From positions 1,120,001 through 1,184,000 of the forward strand of contig CAWDML010000001.1 in NCBI GenBank assembly GCA_963803435.1: a DNA stretch of 64,000 bases, given 5' to 3'. Below the pieces are notes generated by a model. The model saw only the letters and a list, made by a program, of their open reading frames with translations, made no database searches and was not told the origin of the DNA. Positions 20,933-30,199 of the stretch are shown in pieces. This stretch comes from an uncultured delta proteobacterium (lineage in GTDB: Bacteria > Myxococcota > Kuafuiibacteriia > Kuafuiibacteriales > Kuafuiibacteriaceae). The first letter of the stretch is position 1; each line of letters begins with the position of its first letter. The translations under genes were made by a program, and so were the position numbers.

Positions 20933-21757
20933 ATGCCTCGTGAACGCGTACGTGACGTACGGGTCACCGCCCTCGCGCCCGGGGGTTCGGCCACAGTACG
21001 CGACGATTGCGTCGCTTGCGAGGAGCCCCTCGAGATCCGCATCGAAGAAAAGCCTCTGGCCGTGATCATGCGGACGCCCGGGGACGACCTCGAGCTGGCG
21101 GCCGGGTTTCTCAAATCCGAGGCAATCATCCGCGACGAGAGCGACCTCGCGACGATCCGTCACTGCACGAGCGGGGCGGATCCAGGCCTCGAGAACGTGG
21201 TGGAGGTGCGCCTGTCGGACGCGCGGCGAACCTCGGCCGAGGCCGCGCTGGCCTCGCGGATGGCCGAGCGGAGCACCGTCACCAGCGCCAGCTGCGGCGT
21301 CTGCGGCAAGCGGAGCATCGAGTCCCTGCACGTCGATCGACCGCCCTTCTCCGCCGCCGCGCACGTCGACCTCGAGGTGATCGCCAGCCTCCCCGCCCGG
21401 CTCCGGGCCCACCAGGAGGTGTTCGAGCGGACCGGTGGTCTGCACGCGGCGGCGGTCTTCGACGCGCGCGGGCAGATCATGGTCATCCGCGAGGACGTGG
21501 GCCGCCACAATGCGGTCGACAAGTGTGTCGGCATGCTCCTGCTCCGCGACCGCCTGTCGGAGCTCGATGGCGCCGTGTTGATGGTCTCCGGCCGGACCAG
21601 CTTCGAGATCATCCAAAAGGCGCTGGTCGCGGGGATCCAGATCGTCGCGGCGGTGTCCGCGCCCTCGAGCCTCGCCGTCGAGCTGGCGCAGGCCTCCAAC
21701 ATGGCGCTGTTCGGCTTCGTGCGCGACGGGCGCGTCAACGCTTACGGAACGCCTTGA
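20933..21757 (+). CDS. fdhD: formate dehydrogenase accessory sulfurtransferase FdhD
   Basis: Motifs 'EEPLEIRI', 'MRTPGDDLELAAGFL', 'SCGVCGK', 'TGGLHAA', 'EDVGRHNAVDK', 'SAPSSLAV'. Confidence 0.95.
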   Translation: MPRERVRDVRVTALAPGGSATVRDDCVACEEPLEIRIEEKPLAVIMRTPGDDLELAAGFLKSEAIIRDESDLATIRHCTSGADPGLENVVEVRLSDARRTSAEAALASRMAERSTVTSASCGVCGKRSIESLHVDRPPFSAAAHVDLEVIASLPARLRAHQEVFERTGGLHAAAVFDARGQIMVIREDVGRHNAVDKCVGMLLLRDRLSELDGAVLMVSGRTSFEIIQKALVAGIQIVAAVSAPSSLAVELAQASNMALFGFVRDGRVNAYGTP

Positions 21758-23252
21758 GCGCCGCCAGCGCGATCGCGATCAGCGAGAGCCAGCCGAGCAC
21801 GTCTCCGAACAACATGTAGACCGTGGTCGAACGATCCTCGATCAGAGGCACGTCGTCGACCAGCGTCTCCTGCGTCCATTGGCCCGTCCGCTTCACGATC
21901 CGCCCCACCGGATCGACGAACGCGCTGATGCCGGTGTTCGTGGACCGTATCAGCGCCCGCCGGGTCTCGATGGTGCGGAACGTGGCCAGCACCAGGTGGA
22001 TCAGCGGCTCGTGCGTGTTGCCGTACCAGGAGTCGTTCGTCACGTTGACGAGCGCCTCGGCGGGTCCGCCCTTGCTCCACATCTTGCGCACGAACCCGGG
22101 GATGATGTCCTCGTAGCAGATCATCGGCAGGAGCTTCGCTCCGGCCACCTCGAAGCTCACGTAGTGCTTGCCGCGCGTGAACGTCGAGCTCCGCGGAAAG
22201 AGCTTCCTGATCTGGGGAAACGTGTCGACGAGCGGAAGCGTCTCACCGAACACCAGGAGCTCGATCTTGTCGAACATCCCCACCACGTCGCCGGTCGAGG
22301 AGGTGGCCACCGCGGTGTTGTAGAAGAACCGATCGGGGTCGTCCTTCGGCCCCTCCTCGTAGGTGAGCGCCCCGAAGATCACCGGAACGTCGATGCCGTC
22401 GGTGACCTCGGCCCGCACGTTCTTCTGATCCTTCCGGATGTATCGATTGTAGGCCGACTCCGGCCAGACGATCAGATCGAGGTCGCGGTGCGAGGCTAGC
22501 AGCTCGCGGGACATCGCCTGGTGGCGGTGGATGAACTCGTTGCGCTTCTCGGCCTTGTCGCGCGCGCCCAGGTTGGTCTGGACGATCCCCACCTTCAGCT
22601 TGGGCGCCTCGGCCACCTTCGCGTCGACGACCGGGATCCGGACCGCGCCGAAGATCAGCGTGAGCGCCAGTGCGCCCCCCGCCACCGAGAGGTCGCGGCG
22701 CGTCCTCGAGTGGAGGGCCGCCGCCACGAGGCAGATCAGGACCGTCAAGCCCAGCATCCCGAAGACCTCGACGATCTGTGTGAGGATCGAGACCCGGTAC
22801 AGCGCGTTGCCCAGGTAGCTGGGGAAGATGAACGGGAAGACGGTCTCGACCGCGGCGTAGCCGATCGGGAGCGACACGATCGCCGGGATCTTCAGTCGCA
22901 CCTCGGCGATACGCACCAGCCAGGCGACGGCGCCGACCGAGAGGCCGTGGAAGAGCGCCAGCAGCAGGCAGCCGAGGAGCGCGAGCGGAAGGTTGAGCCC
23001 CGCGAAGTCCAGGAGCAGGTGCGTGACCCAGTAGTAGCCGCCCAGCATCGCCACGGTGCCCGCGATCTGGCCCAGGAGGAGCGCGCGCCTCGGTGTGGCG
23101 CCTTCGATCGCGAACAGCAGGGGCGTGAGAAAGAGAAAGATGAGCGGCCAGATGTCGAAGCCGACGAACCCGAGGAAGTAGAGGACCCCGGAGAGGACGG
23201 CCAGCAGGAAGGGACGGAGCTTGGTCAAGGCGTCATTGGACCGTGACGACAT
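21735..23252 (-). CDS. lnt: apolipoprotein N-acyltransferase
   Basis: Multiple TMs; 'VQTN', 'IVWPESA', 'YNTA', 'K..L.VFGE', 'ICYEDI', 'NVTNDSWYG', 'RSTNTGISA'. Confidence 0.93.
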   Translation of the reverse strand: MSSRSNDALTKLRPFLLAVLSGVLYFLGFVGFDIWPLIFLFLTPLLFAIEGATPRRALLLGQIAGTVAMLGGYYWVTHLLLDFAGLNLPLALLGCLLLALFHGLSVGAVAWLVRIAEVRLKIPAIVSLPIGYAAVETVFPFIFPSYLGNALYRVSILTQIVEVFGMLGLTVLICLVAAALHSRTRRDLSVAGGALALTLIFGAVRIPVVDAKVAEAPKLKVGIVQTNLGARDKAEKRNEFIHRHQAMSRELLASHRDLDLIVWPESAYNRYIRKDQKNVRAEVTDGIDVPVIFGALTYEEGPKDDPDRFFYNTAVATSSTGDVVGMFDKIELLVFGETLPLVDTFPQIRKLFPRSSTFTRGKHYVSFEVAGAKLLPMICYEDIIPGFVRKMWSKGGPAEALVNVTNDSWYGNTHEPLIHLVLATFRTIETRRALIRSTNTGISAFVDPVGRIVKRTGQWTQETLVDDVPLIEDRSTTVYMLFGDVLGWLSLIAIALAALKAFRKR

Positions 23253-23826
23253 CGTTCGGTTGGAGTGGAATGTTCTCTTTGAGGTCCGAGCCGGTCACGA
23301 TCGGATCGAGCTCGACGTCGTACCGGACGAACTGATCGCCCTTGCGCCGGACCACCACCGCACATCCTTCGGCGAATGGGGTGGCCCCTCCTGCGACGGT
23401 CAGCGCCTGCAACAAGTACATCTCGCCCGAATACTGGAACGCGCCCGACGTGCGCACCTGGCCCAGCATGTAGATCTGTTTGCTCGAGAACTGGGTGACC
23501 GTGATGCTGACGATGGGATCCTTGATGTAGGTCTTCAGGCGCTCGGTCAAACGCTTTTGAAACTGGGGAATGGTGTCACCTGCGGCGGGCACGTCGTTGA
23601 CCAGGGGCAGCGTGATCTTGCCGTCTGGCCGAACGGTCACCAACCGGGTGAGCTGCTGATTCTGCCAGACCTCGATCTGGAGCTGATCGCCGCCGTTGAT
23701 GACGTATCCGCCCTCCTCCGGCTTCACCGCGAGGAAGGTCTTCTTCTCTTCCGCCGGGATCGACGGGCACACGCTGCCGCACCCTACTCCGGCCCCGGCC
23801 AGAATCACGCCCCACACCCAACGCAT
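23233..23826 (-). CDS. polysaccharide export OPX (Wza-like) lipoprotein, short Poly_export+SLBB form
   Basis: Motifs 'YVINGGDQLQIEVW', 'VRPDGKITLPLV', 'GQVRTSG', 'LLQALTVAGG', 'LQPNDVVTV'; 197 aa with no C-terminal OM helix. Confidence 0.88.
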   Translation of the reverse strand: MRWVWGVILAGAGVGCGSVCPSIPAEEKKTFLAVKPEEGGYVINGGDQLQIEVWQNQQLTRLVTVRPDGKITLPLVNDVPAAGDTIPQFQKRLTERLKTYIKDPIVSITVTQFSSKQIYMLGQVRTSGAFQYSGEMYLLQALTVAGGATPFAEGCAVVVRRKGDQFVRYDVELDPIVTGSDLKENIPLQPNDVVTVQ

Positions 23827-23903
23827 CGGCCTCCCCGTAACATGTTGCTGGGCGACGGACCAGCCGCTAGCCTTTGACCCGCGACGCCGGGACGCGCCCG
23901 ATC

Positions 23904-25778
23904 ATGAGCTCCCCCAAGGTCTTCTCCCTCGCAGTGGTCAAAGGCCAGAGCAAGGGGGAGGTCCTGACGAGCGAACGGAAGCGTCTCTCGGTCGGAAGCG
24001 CGGAAAACAACGACCTGGTGGTGGCCGATCCCGACATCGCCCAGCGCCACTTCGTCGTGTTGATCGATCAGGATCGCTGGCGCATCCACACCTATTCACC
24101 GGGCGACAGCATCACCGTCGACCGACGCTGGACCCACCCGGTGTCCGGCAAACGGGGCGCGATCGTGCTGGCGGCGCACTCCGAGATCCTCCTGTTCCCC
24201 GGCGAGCTCGAACCCGCGGTGATCGCGGCGGAGATCCAGAAGCGCCAGAGCGACGCCTTCCCGTTGCCGGAGGAGCGGGCCGACGTGGCGACCGACATCT
24301 TCGAGCAGGCCATCGAGCTCACCGTCGCCGGCGTCGCGAACGAGCCGACCGTCGCGATGCGGGTCGCCGATTCGCAGGGGACCCACCCCGTGGACCCGGC
24401 GCAGATGGATCTGGTGGAGATGTCCCAGATGCCGACGATCGCGGGCGAGCGCCCGCCGGACGATCTGCGCCAAGCCGCACGGGTTCGGCTGGTCGACGAG
24501 CGCAAGCCGGTGGCGCCGAGTGTGCTGCGCGCGGAGTCCTCGGAGGCGGACCCGCTCGCGAATCAGCCCGTGCACGGAGCGCCCGAGGGCATATGGGAGG
24601 AGAAGACGGTGGGCCTCACGCCCAGCACGAGCACGCCCCGGAAGAAGCGCCGTGGCTGGGACGAGGCGAGGAAACCGGAGAAGCGGTCCGAGCGCGCCAT
24701 CCCTGAGGTCATCGCGCAGCCCGAGTCGCAGATCATGAGCCTGTCCCGCGCGACCGGATCGTCGATGAGCGCGATCCCCGAGCCGCGCCCCGCGGAAGCG
24801 CAGGTCATCGAGCTGAGCCCCAATGCGCGCTCGGCGGGCGGTTCGAGCCCTCCGGTCTCGACCAAGCCGTCGTCGAAGAGGAACGCCTGGGGCGATCCGG
24901 AGCAGCCGCCGCCGCGGCCTGCGACGCCGAAGATGAACGCCTGGGGCGACGAGCCGGCCAAGCGCGGGAACAAGTGGGGAGACCGGCCCGAGCGCCTGCC
25001 CAACACGCCGCCTCCCGTCGCGTCGACCGCGCTGGAGAAGCCAGGTGCGCGCGCGCTCTACGTCGGGCGGCAGATCGCGCTCCCCGAGCTGCTGATGAAG
25101 TCTCGGGACCCCGCCCTCCAGATCGTGCGTGAGCCGGACGGACAGCTCGCCACCTCGATCCGCCTGCTCGGCACCAAGATCGAGGAGTTCGCCCGGGGCC
25201 TCGGGTACCGGGCCTATATGTTCACCAGCGCCGAGCCGCTCACCGGCAAGACCACCACCATCTGCAACCTGGCCTTCGCGCTGGCGGAGGACACCCACCG
25301 GCGGGTGGCGCTGATCGAGGCGAACTTCCGCTACCCCCGACTCTCCGAGCTGCTCGGCCTCCCGGAGAAGGAGGGGATCATCCCGGTCCTCGAGGGCCGC
25401 GCGAAGCTCTCGGACTCGGTCGTGAAGGTGAAGGACCGCAACCTGGTGGTGCTCCCCACCGGCGGGCGCCATCCTCACCCGGCGGAGGTGCTGGCGTCGC
25501 CGCGCTTCAAGACGATGATCGCCGAGCTGGCGGACACCGTGGACATCGCGCTCGTCGACGCGCCCTCGGTGTCTCCGCACGCCGACGCAAACCTGCTGCT
25601 CCCTCTGGTCGACGCGGCCTTCCTGGTGGTCGCGGGCGGGAGCACCAAGAGCATCTGGGTGAGCCGAGCGCTGGGGCAGCTCGGGGAGAAACGCATCCTG
25701 GGAGCCCTCTACAACAGGATCCCGAAGCGTACGGCGAAGGAGATCAAGAGCGAGCGGAGTCAGCGCTCGAAGGCCTAG
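23904..25778 (+). CDS. FHA-like domain fused to CpsD/CapB-type bacterial tyrosine kinase
   Basis: N-terminal 'LSVGSAENNDLVVADPDIAQRH'; C-terminal Walker A 'TSAEPLTGKTT', A-prime 'LIEANFRYP', B 'LVDAPS'. Confidence 0.8.
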   Translation: MSSPKVFSLAVVKGQSKGEVLTSERKRLSVGSAENNDLVVADPDIAQRHFVVLIDQDRWRIHTYSPGDSITVDRRWTHPVSGKRGAIVLAAHSEILLFPGELEPAVIAAEIQKRQSDAFPLPEERADVATDIFEQAIELTVAGVANEPTVAMRVADSQGTHPVDPAQMDLVEMSQMPTIAGERPPDDLRQAARVRLVDERKPVAPSVLRAESSEADPLANQPVHGAPEGIWEEKTVGLTPSTSTPRKKRRGWDEARKPEKRSERAIPEVIAQPESQIMSLSRATGSSMSAIPEPRPAEAQVIELSPNARSAGGSSPPVSTKPSSKRNAWGDPEQPPPRPATPKMNAWGDEPAKRGNKWGDRPERLPNTPPPVASTALEKPGARALYVGRQIALPELLMKSRDPALQIVREPDGQLATSIRLLGTKIEEFARGLGYRAYMFTSAEPLTGKTTTICNLAFALAEDTHRRVALIEANFRYPRLSELLGLPEKEGIIPVLEGRAKLSDSVVKVKDRNLVVLPTGGRHPHPAEVLASPRFKTMIAELADTVDIALVDAPSVSPHADANLLLPLVDAAFLVVAGGSTKSIWVSRALGQLGEKRILGALYNRIPKRTAKEIKSERSQRSKA

Positions 25779-25808
25779 GAGCGTGTAGCGCGTAAGCGCT
25801 CACGCGAC

Positions 25809-25844
25809 CCCGGTCCGGGTCCCGGTCCCGGTCCGGGTCCCGAT
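25809..25844. repeat. six tandem hexamers (CCSGGT-type)
   Basis: cccggt ccgggt cccggt cccggt ccgggt cccgat, just downstream of the IS1182 transposase stop. Confidence 0.75.
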
Positions 25845-25864
25845 CTGAAGATGGCTGCCTTGAG

Positions 25865-26314
25865 TCAGACGCTCGCGACGGTCGCGAGCTTCGATCGGTA
25901 GAGCTTGAGCAGGTTGTGGGTGAGGCAGACGAGCGTCCACTCGGCTCGTACCTTGAAGAAGGAGCGGAGCGAGAACCGGCGGAATCCTCGTGCCCCTTTG
26001 ATCTGTCCGAGCGCCGGTTCGACGATACTCTTCCTGCGGGCGTAGACCGCCTTGCCGTCGCGCGTTTGCAACTTGTCTCGCATTCGCTTGCGAGCGAGCG
26101 AGGCAGGTGTGGGCTCCGAAGCTGATGAGGACGGAGTCGACGCGTCTTGGTTCTGTTCGCGTCCAACAGCGATGTGGGCATCGATCTGATTGTTGTCGCA
26201 GAATTCGATGTTGGTCGCGCTCAGATAGCCGTTGTCTGCCGTCATCTTCCGCGGAGCATCGCCGCAGTTGCCGAACACATCACGGAGCATCGGGACGAGG
26301 TGTTGCTGATTCAA
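25865..26314 (-). pseudogene. IS1182-family transposase, C-terminal fragment
   Basis: 'ADNGYLS' and 'YARRKSIVEPALGQIK..RGFRRFSLR...EWTLVCLTHNLLKL'; the 5' two-thirds are missing. Confidence 0.8.
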
Positions 26315-26426
26315 CGCCCAAGCGCGTTGTCGAGATGCTCACGCGCCTCATCAAGAGCCGGTCCAGAAACCGTTCCGTTCGCAGTTTGCTGTTTCGTCGT
26401 TCTGTCATTCGCTGTTCGATCCGGCG

Positions 26427-26765
26427 ATGAAGGGCGATGACATCGCAGAACGACTGCTCAAGTTTGCGAAGCGTGTACTTCGGCTTTGCCGCGAGTTCCC
26501 AAACGACTTTGCCGGCAAGCACGTTGTCCGACAGCTGATCCGGTGTTCATCCGGAGGTGGTGCGAATGACGAGGAAGCGCGTGGCGGCGAGAGCTTTGCC
26601 GACTTCATCCACAAGATGGCGGTCGCTCGCAAGGATGGTTGCGTCTTGCCGATCCGGAGCTGATGCAGGGAGCGGAGATCGCTTCGCTGATCCGAGAGGC
26701 CAACGAACTCTCTGCGATTCTGACGAGCTCCATCAAGACGGCGAAGGCTCGATCAGGGAAGTCAT
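26427..26765 (+). pseudogene. four-helix-bundle protein (23S rRNA IVP-like family), small internal deletion/frameshift at ~26634
   Basis: 'ERLLKFAKRVLRLC..FP...QLIRCSSGGGAN.EEA.GGES.ADFIHKM..ARK' then, in the next frame, 'WLRL...LIREANELSAILTSSIKTAK'; the usual E..ET.Y segment is missing. Confidence 0.75.
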
Positions 26766-27479
26766 CGAGCCTGCTGGAACGCGATGATCGCGCGCGCAAG
26801 ATGAACCAGCCCGAGATGCCGCGATCCCGTTCGTTCCCACCGCACGAGTCATGCGCGGAACTGGTTGTGCCAAGCGTTCGTGCGCTCGACAACCCAGCGC
26901 CGCGGCCTACCGCGGACACAGCCAGCGAGTGCAGGCTCGCCGCGGCGGCGGATATACGGTTTGATCCGGCGCGCTCGAATGGCGGCCTCGACATCCGCGT
27001 AGTCGTAGCCTTTATCCAGGCAGAGGTGCTCCGGCCGTCGTGGGCCGCGGGAGCCCCGTAGGACGACGCCGTCGAGCGTCTGCTCCACCCGCCACTTGTC
27101 GTGCACGTTCGCGCCTGAGATCTCGACCGCCAACGGAACACCACGACCATCCGTGAGCACGTGACGCTTCACGCCTCGCTTGGCTCAATCCGTCGGGTTC
27201 GGACCGGTCAGGTCCCCTTTTGGAGCCTTGACGATCGCGCTGTCGAGTGAAGTCCACTTCCACTGTATGCCGCGCCTCCTGTCGTAGTACCGCAGCAGCT
27301 CAGCGAAGATCGCGGTGAAGATCCCTGCACCCTGTCCGAAGGCGATAGACGATACCTGCCATCACGACGCGATCCGCAACCCGCGGGCGACCTCCCCGCG
27401 GCCTTGGACCTCGCTTCGCGAGTAACGGCTCAATGCGTTTCCACAGGGCGTCCGGAAGACTTGCGAATCTTGCCTGCAT
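26762..27479 (-). pseudogene. IS5-family two-ORF transposase, decayed
   Basis: 'LPDALWKRIEPLL...GGRPRVADRVVMAGIVYRLRTGC', deletion at ~27327, 'LDSAIVKAPKG' with AAAAGGGG slip site, then 'GPNPTD*AKRGVKRH..TD..G.PL', 'LDKGYD', 'RWVVERTNAW'; two in-frame TGA. Confidence 0.85.
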
Positions 27480-27638
27480 CGACTCTGCAGAACACTCGAT
27501 CGAGCACGATGCAACAACGGCCGCTTTGAATAGCGAATGAGCAGAACGAGCGAAACAGGAAACGCGGAACGGTCCGGAGGTTTTCGGACCGGCTCTTAGC
27601 GGCGGAGCAAGTCCGCCTGACCCTTCGTCGCCTGCGGC

Positions 27639-28004
27639 TCACTGCGCGGACCTACGGCCCCTTGCGGCGCCCACGTCGATCGCGGCGACCGCGCCGAAGA
27701 CCAGCACGACCAGCACCGGATAGATCGGGCCGACGCGAAACCACCGCAGATCCGGATAGCCCGCCCCGAGCACGAACACCACGAAGGCATCGAGGGCGAA
27801 CGCCCCGAGGCTCGACAGCACGGCCGCCGCGAGCGCCGGCACCGGTGCGCGCGTACGAACGAAGAACACCAGCCCTGCGACCAGCCCCGCGCCGACGATG
27901 GCCGGGAGCGCGCGCGTGACGCCCAGGCCGAGGAGCGAGGCGATCCCGGCGACGAGCGCGACCCCGCCCGTGATCGCCGCGACCTCCGCTGCGCGCCGAA
28001 GCAT
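27639..28004 (-). CDS. small integral membrane hypothetical protein
   Basis: 121 aa with about four hydrophobic segments. Confidence 0.5.
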   Translation of the reverse strand: MLRRAAEVAAITGGVALVAGIASLLGLGVTRALPAIVGAGLVAGLVFFVRTRAPVPALAAAVLSSLGAFALDAFVVFVLGAGYPDLRWFRVGPIYPVLVVLVFGAVAAIDVGAARGRRSAQ

Positions 28005-28056
28005 CTTGTGGCTTTAACACGCCTGGTCTGTTAGGCGCCCCGAGGGACGAACGCTG

Positions 28057-29505
28057 ATGGGGAGGCTGGTGCTCGCAGCTGCGGCCGCGTTTTCCCTGGC
28101 AGCGGCGAGGAGCGCCACTGCCGGGGGAGACAATCAGACGGTCGTCCTCGGTGCGACGTCCACGGTGGCGGCCCCCACCGGCCTGACGCTCCCCCAGCTG
28201 ATCGACGAGGCCCTCCAGCGCAACCCGCAGGTGGCGGTGGCCGAGTCTCAGATCGACGAAGCCCGCGGCCTCTACGCCTTCGCCGCCTCCAAGGCCTATC
28301 CGGTCCTGAACGCCACGCTGCTCTTCGGCGGGCCCACGCCGGAGGCCCGGACCACCGTCGTCAACGACGTCAACACGATCACGCCGGCCTCGCTGGAGGG
28401 CGACTTCGACTTCGGTCAGCTCGGTGTGGCCCTGCGGATCAACGGCAATGCCTCCGTTCCGATCTACACGTTCGGAAAGATCTCTTCGGGTAAGGACGCC
28501 GCGAAGCACGTCGTCGAAGCCGCCAAGCACCAGGCCCACGGGACCAAGGCCGAGGTCGTCTCCGACGTGACGCGGGCGTTCTGGTCGATCCAGCTGCTCC
28601 GCGCCTTCGAGACCTCGCTGGCCGACGGCGAGAAGACCCTCGAGAAGGTCCTCCACAAGGTGCAAGAGCTGCTGGAGGCCGACTCACCCCAGGTGACCGA
28701 GAACGATCGGCTCCGCCTCTTGCACGCGCTGGGCACCCTGCGCGTGCGGAAGATCGACGCGGCGGACGCGTTCAAGATCGCCACCAAGGCGCTGCTCCTC
28801 TTGATCGGCCGCCCGCAGTCGTCGTCGATCGAGGTGGCCGTGGTCGATCTCGACGACGGGCTCCCGACGCAGATCCCCGATGAGGAAGAGATGATCCGGC
28901 GCGTCCACTCGAAGCGTCCCGAGCTGCTGGCGCTGCGAGAGGTGGTCGAAGCGCAGAAGTCCTTCGCCGAGCTGCGCCGGGCCCAGTTCTATCCCGACTT
29001 CTTCATCGGCGCCGTGGTGAGCTACGCGTACACAAGCAACGCCACCGATCAGACGAATCCGTTCATCAACGACCCCTTCAACTTCTTCGACCTCGGCATC
29101 GGCATCGGGCTGCGCGTCGAGCTCGACGTCTTCGGAAAGCTCGCGCAGCTGGAGCAAGCCGAGGCGCAGGCCCACACGCGAATGAACCAGGAGCACCTGG
29201 CCAGCGAGGCGGCCGAGCTCGACGTCCGGCGCATCCACACCCAGATCAAGGGCGGCCTCAGCCGCGTGGAGGCGCTCGAACGGAACGCGCACACGGCCCG
29301 CGGCTGGCTGACGGCCTCCGTCCTCGCCTACGACATCGGCACGGGGCGCGCCGACGAGCTGATCGACGCCTTCCTCGCCTGGGCCGCCTCCGAAGCCGAG
29401 CTTCAGAAAACGCGGTACGACACGATCCTGCGTACAGCAGAGCTTGCACGGGCCACCGGCCGCCTGTCTGCATATGAACCGGTGAGTGCCGGCACAAAGG
29501 AATAG
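28057..29505 (+). CDS. TolC-family outer membrane efflux protein
   Basis: Motifs 'LTLPQLIDEALQRNP', 'SVPIYTFGK', 'RPELLAL', 'AQFYPDF', 'YDIGTG', 'AELARATG'. Confidence 0.85.
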   Translation: MGRLVLAAAAAFSLAAARSATAGGDNQTVVLGATSTVAAPTGLTLPQLIDEALQRNPQVAVAESQIDEARGLYAFAASKAYPVLNATLLFGGPTPEARTTVVNDVNTITPASLEGDFDFGQLGVALRINGNASVPIYTFGKISSGKDAAKHVVEAAKHQAHGTKAEVVSDVTRAFWSIQLLRAFETSLADGEKTLEKVLHKVQELLEADSPQVTENDRLRLLHALGTLRVRKIDAADAFKIATKALLLLIGRPQSSSIEVAVVDLDDGLPTQIPDEEEMIRRVHSKRPELLALREVVEAQKSFAELRRAQFYPDFFIGAVVSYAYTSNATDQTNPFINDPFNFFDLGIGIGLRVELDVFGKLAQLEQAEAQAHTRMNQEHLASEAAELDVRRIHTQIKGGLSRVEALERNAHTARGWLTASVLAYDIGTGRADELIDAFLAWAASEAELQKTRYDTILRTAELARATGRLSAYEPVSAGTKE

Positions 29506-29550
29506 ATGCTTGCGCTCTTCGTTGAAAGCTTGGGAGAACCCAACAATCGC

Positions 29551-30198
29551 ATGATCGTCAGCAGCGTCCTCCTCGCCTTCAGCCTCACCACCAGCGCCAC
29601 CCCGGCGGCCGCAGAAGAGCTTCCTCACCCGAAGATCTGGCTCCAGAAGATCGTCGATCGGGGCGCGGAGCTCGCCAAGCGGAAGGTGCAGCCCGACTCC
29701 CCCGCCGAGGAGAAGTGGCAGGCCGAGGCCAAGTCGCTGATCGACGACATGATCGACTGGCCGAAGATGACCCAGGACTCGCTCGGGACCCAGTGGAAGG
29801 ACCGGACCGATCCCGAGCGGAAGGAGTTCTCGTCCCTCCTCCGCGAGATGATCGAGGCGTCCTATCGCTCCAAGCTGAAGCTGGCCGCCCACGGCAATGT
29901 CAAGAAGCCGGCCAAGATCGACATCTCCTGGCTCAAGGAGGAGACGGAGGGCGACACGGCCAAGGTCAGCGCGAAGGTCAACGTCGACAAGAAGAACGCA
30001 GTGCTCGAGTTCAGCCTCTTCTGGAACGGTGACCGCTGGCGGGTCTACGACCTCGCGATCGACGACGTGAGCACCGTCCGCACCTACCGGACCCAGTTCC
30101 GGAAGCTGATCTCCGAGAAGGGCTTCGACGGTCTCCTCGTGCGCATGCGCGACAAGACCGCCGAGATCCGTGCCGGCCGCGCCGAGCTGGCGCCGTAG
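29551..30198 (+). CDS. mlaC: MlaC/Ttg2D-family lipid-binding periplasmic protein
   Basis: Motifs 'IDWPKMTQDSLGTQWK', 'WRVYDLAIDDVSTVRTYRTQF...GFDGLL'. Confidence 0.85.
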   Translation: MIVSSVLLAFSLTTSATPAAAEELPHPKIWLQKIVDRGAELAKRKVQPDSPAEEKWQAEAKSLIDDMIDWPKMTQDSLGTQWKDRTDPERKEFSSLLREMIEASYRSKLKLAAHGNVKKPAKIDISWLKEETEGDTAKVSAKVNVDKKNAVLEFSLFWNGDRWRVYDLAIDDVSTVRTYRTQFRKLISEKGFDGLLVRMRDKTAEIRAGRAELAP

Positions 30199-30199
30199 C

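Larger units (their letters stand above)
26353..27597. mobile_element. IS5-family element with long imperfect terminal inverted repeats and a passenger gene
   Basis: 26353-26417 (aagagccggtccagaaacc...gtttgctgtttcgtcgttctgtcattcgctgttc) matches the reverse complement of 27528-27597 (aagagccggtccgaaaacc...gtttcctgtttcgctcgttctgctcattcgctattc). Confidence 0.75.

Noticed and set aside
25809-25844. Hexamer array or IR subrepeats as a CRISPR array
   Set aside because: Units are 6-8 bp with no unique spacers, and no cas genes are present.
26427-26765. Four-helix-bundle gene as Avd of a diversity-generating retroelement
   Set aside because: No reverse transcriptase and no TR/VR pair were seen in the window.
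26849-27190. In-frame TGAs in the IS5 transposase as selenocysteine or readthrough
   Set aside because: The second copy has CGA at the equivalent position of one stop, and the element has other lesions; this is ordinary decay.
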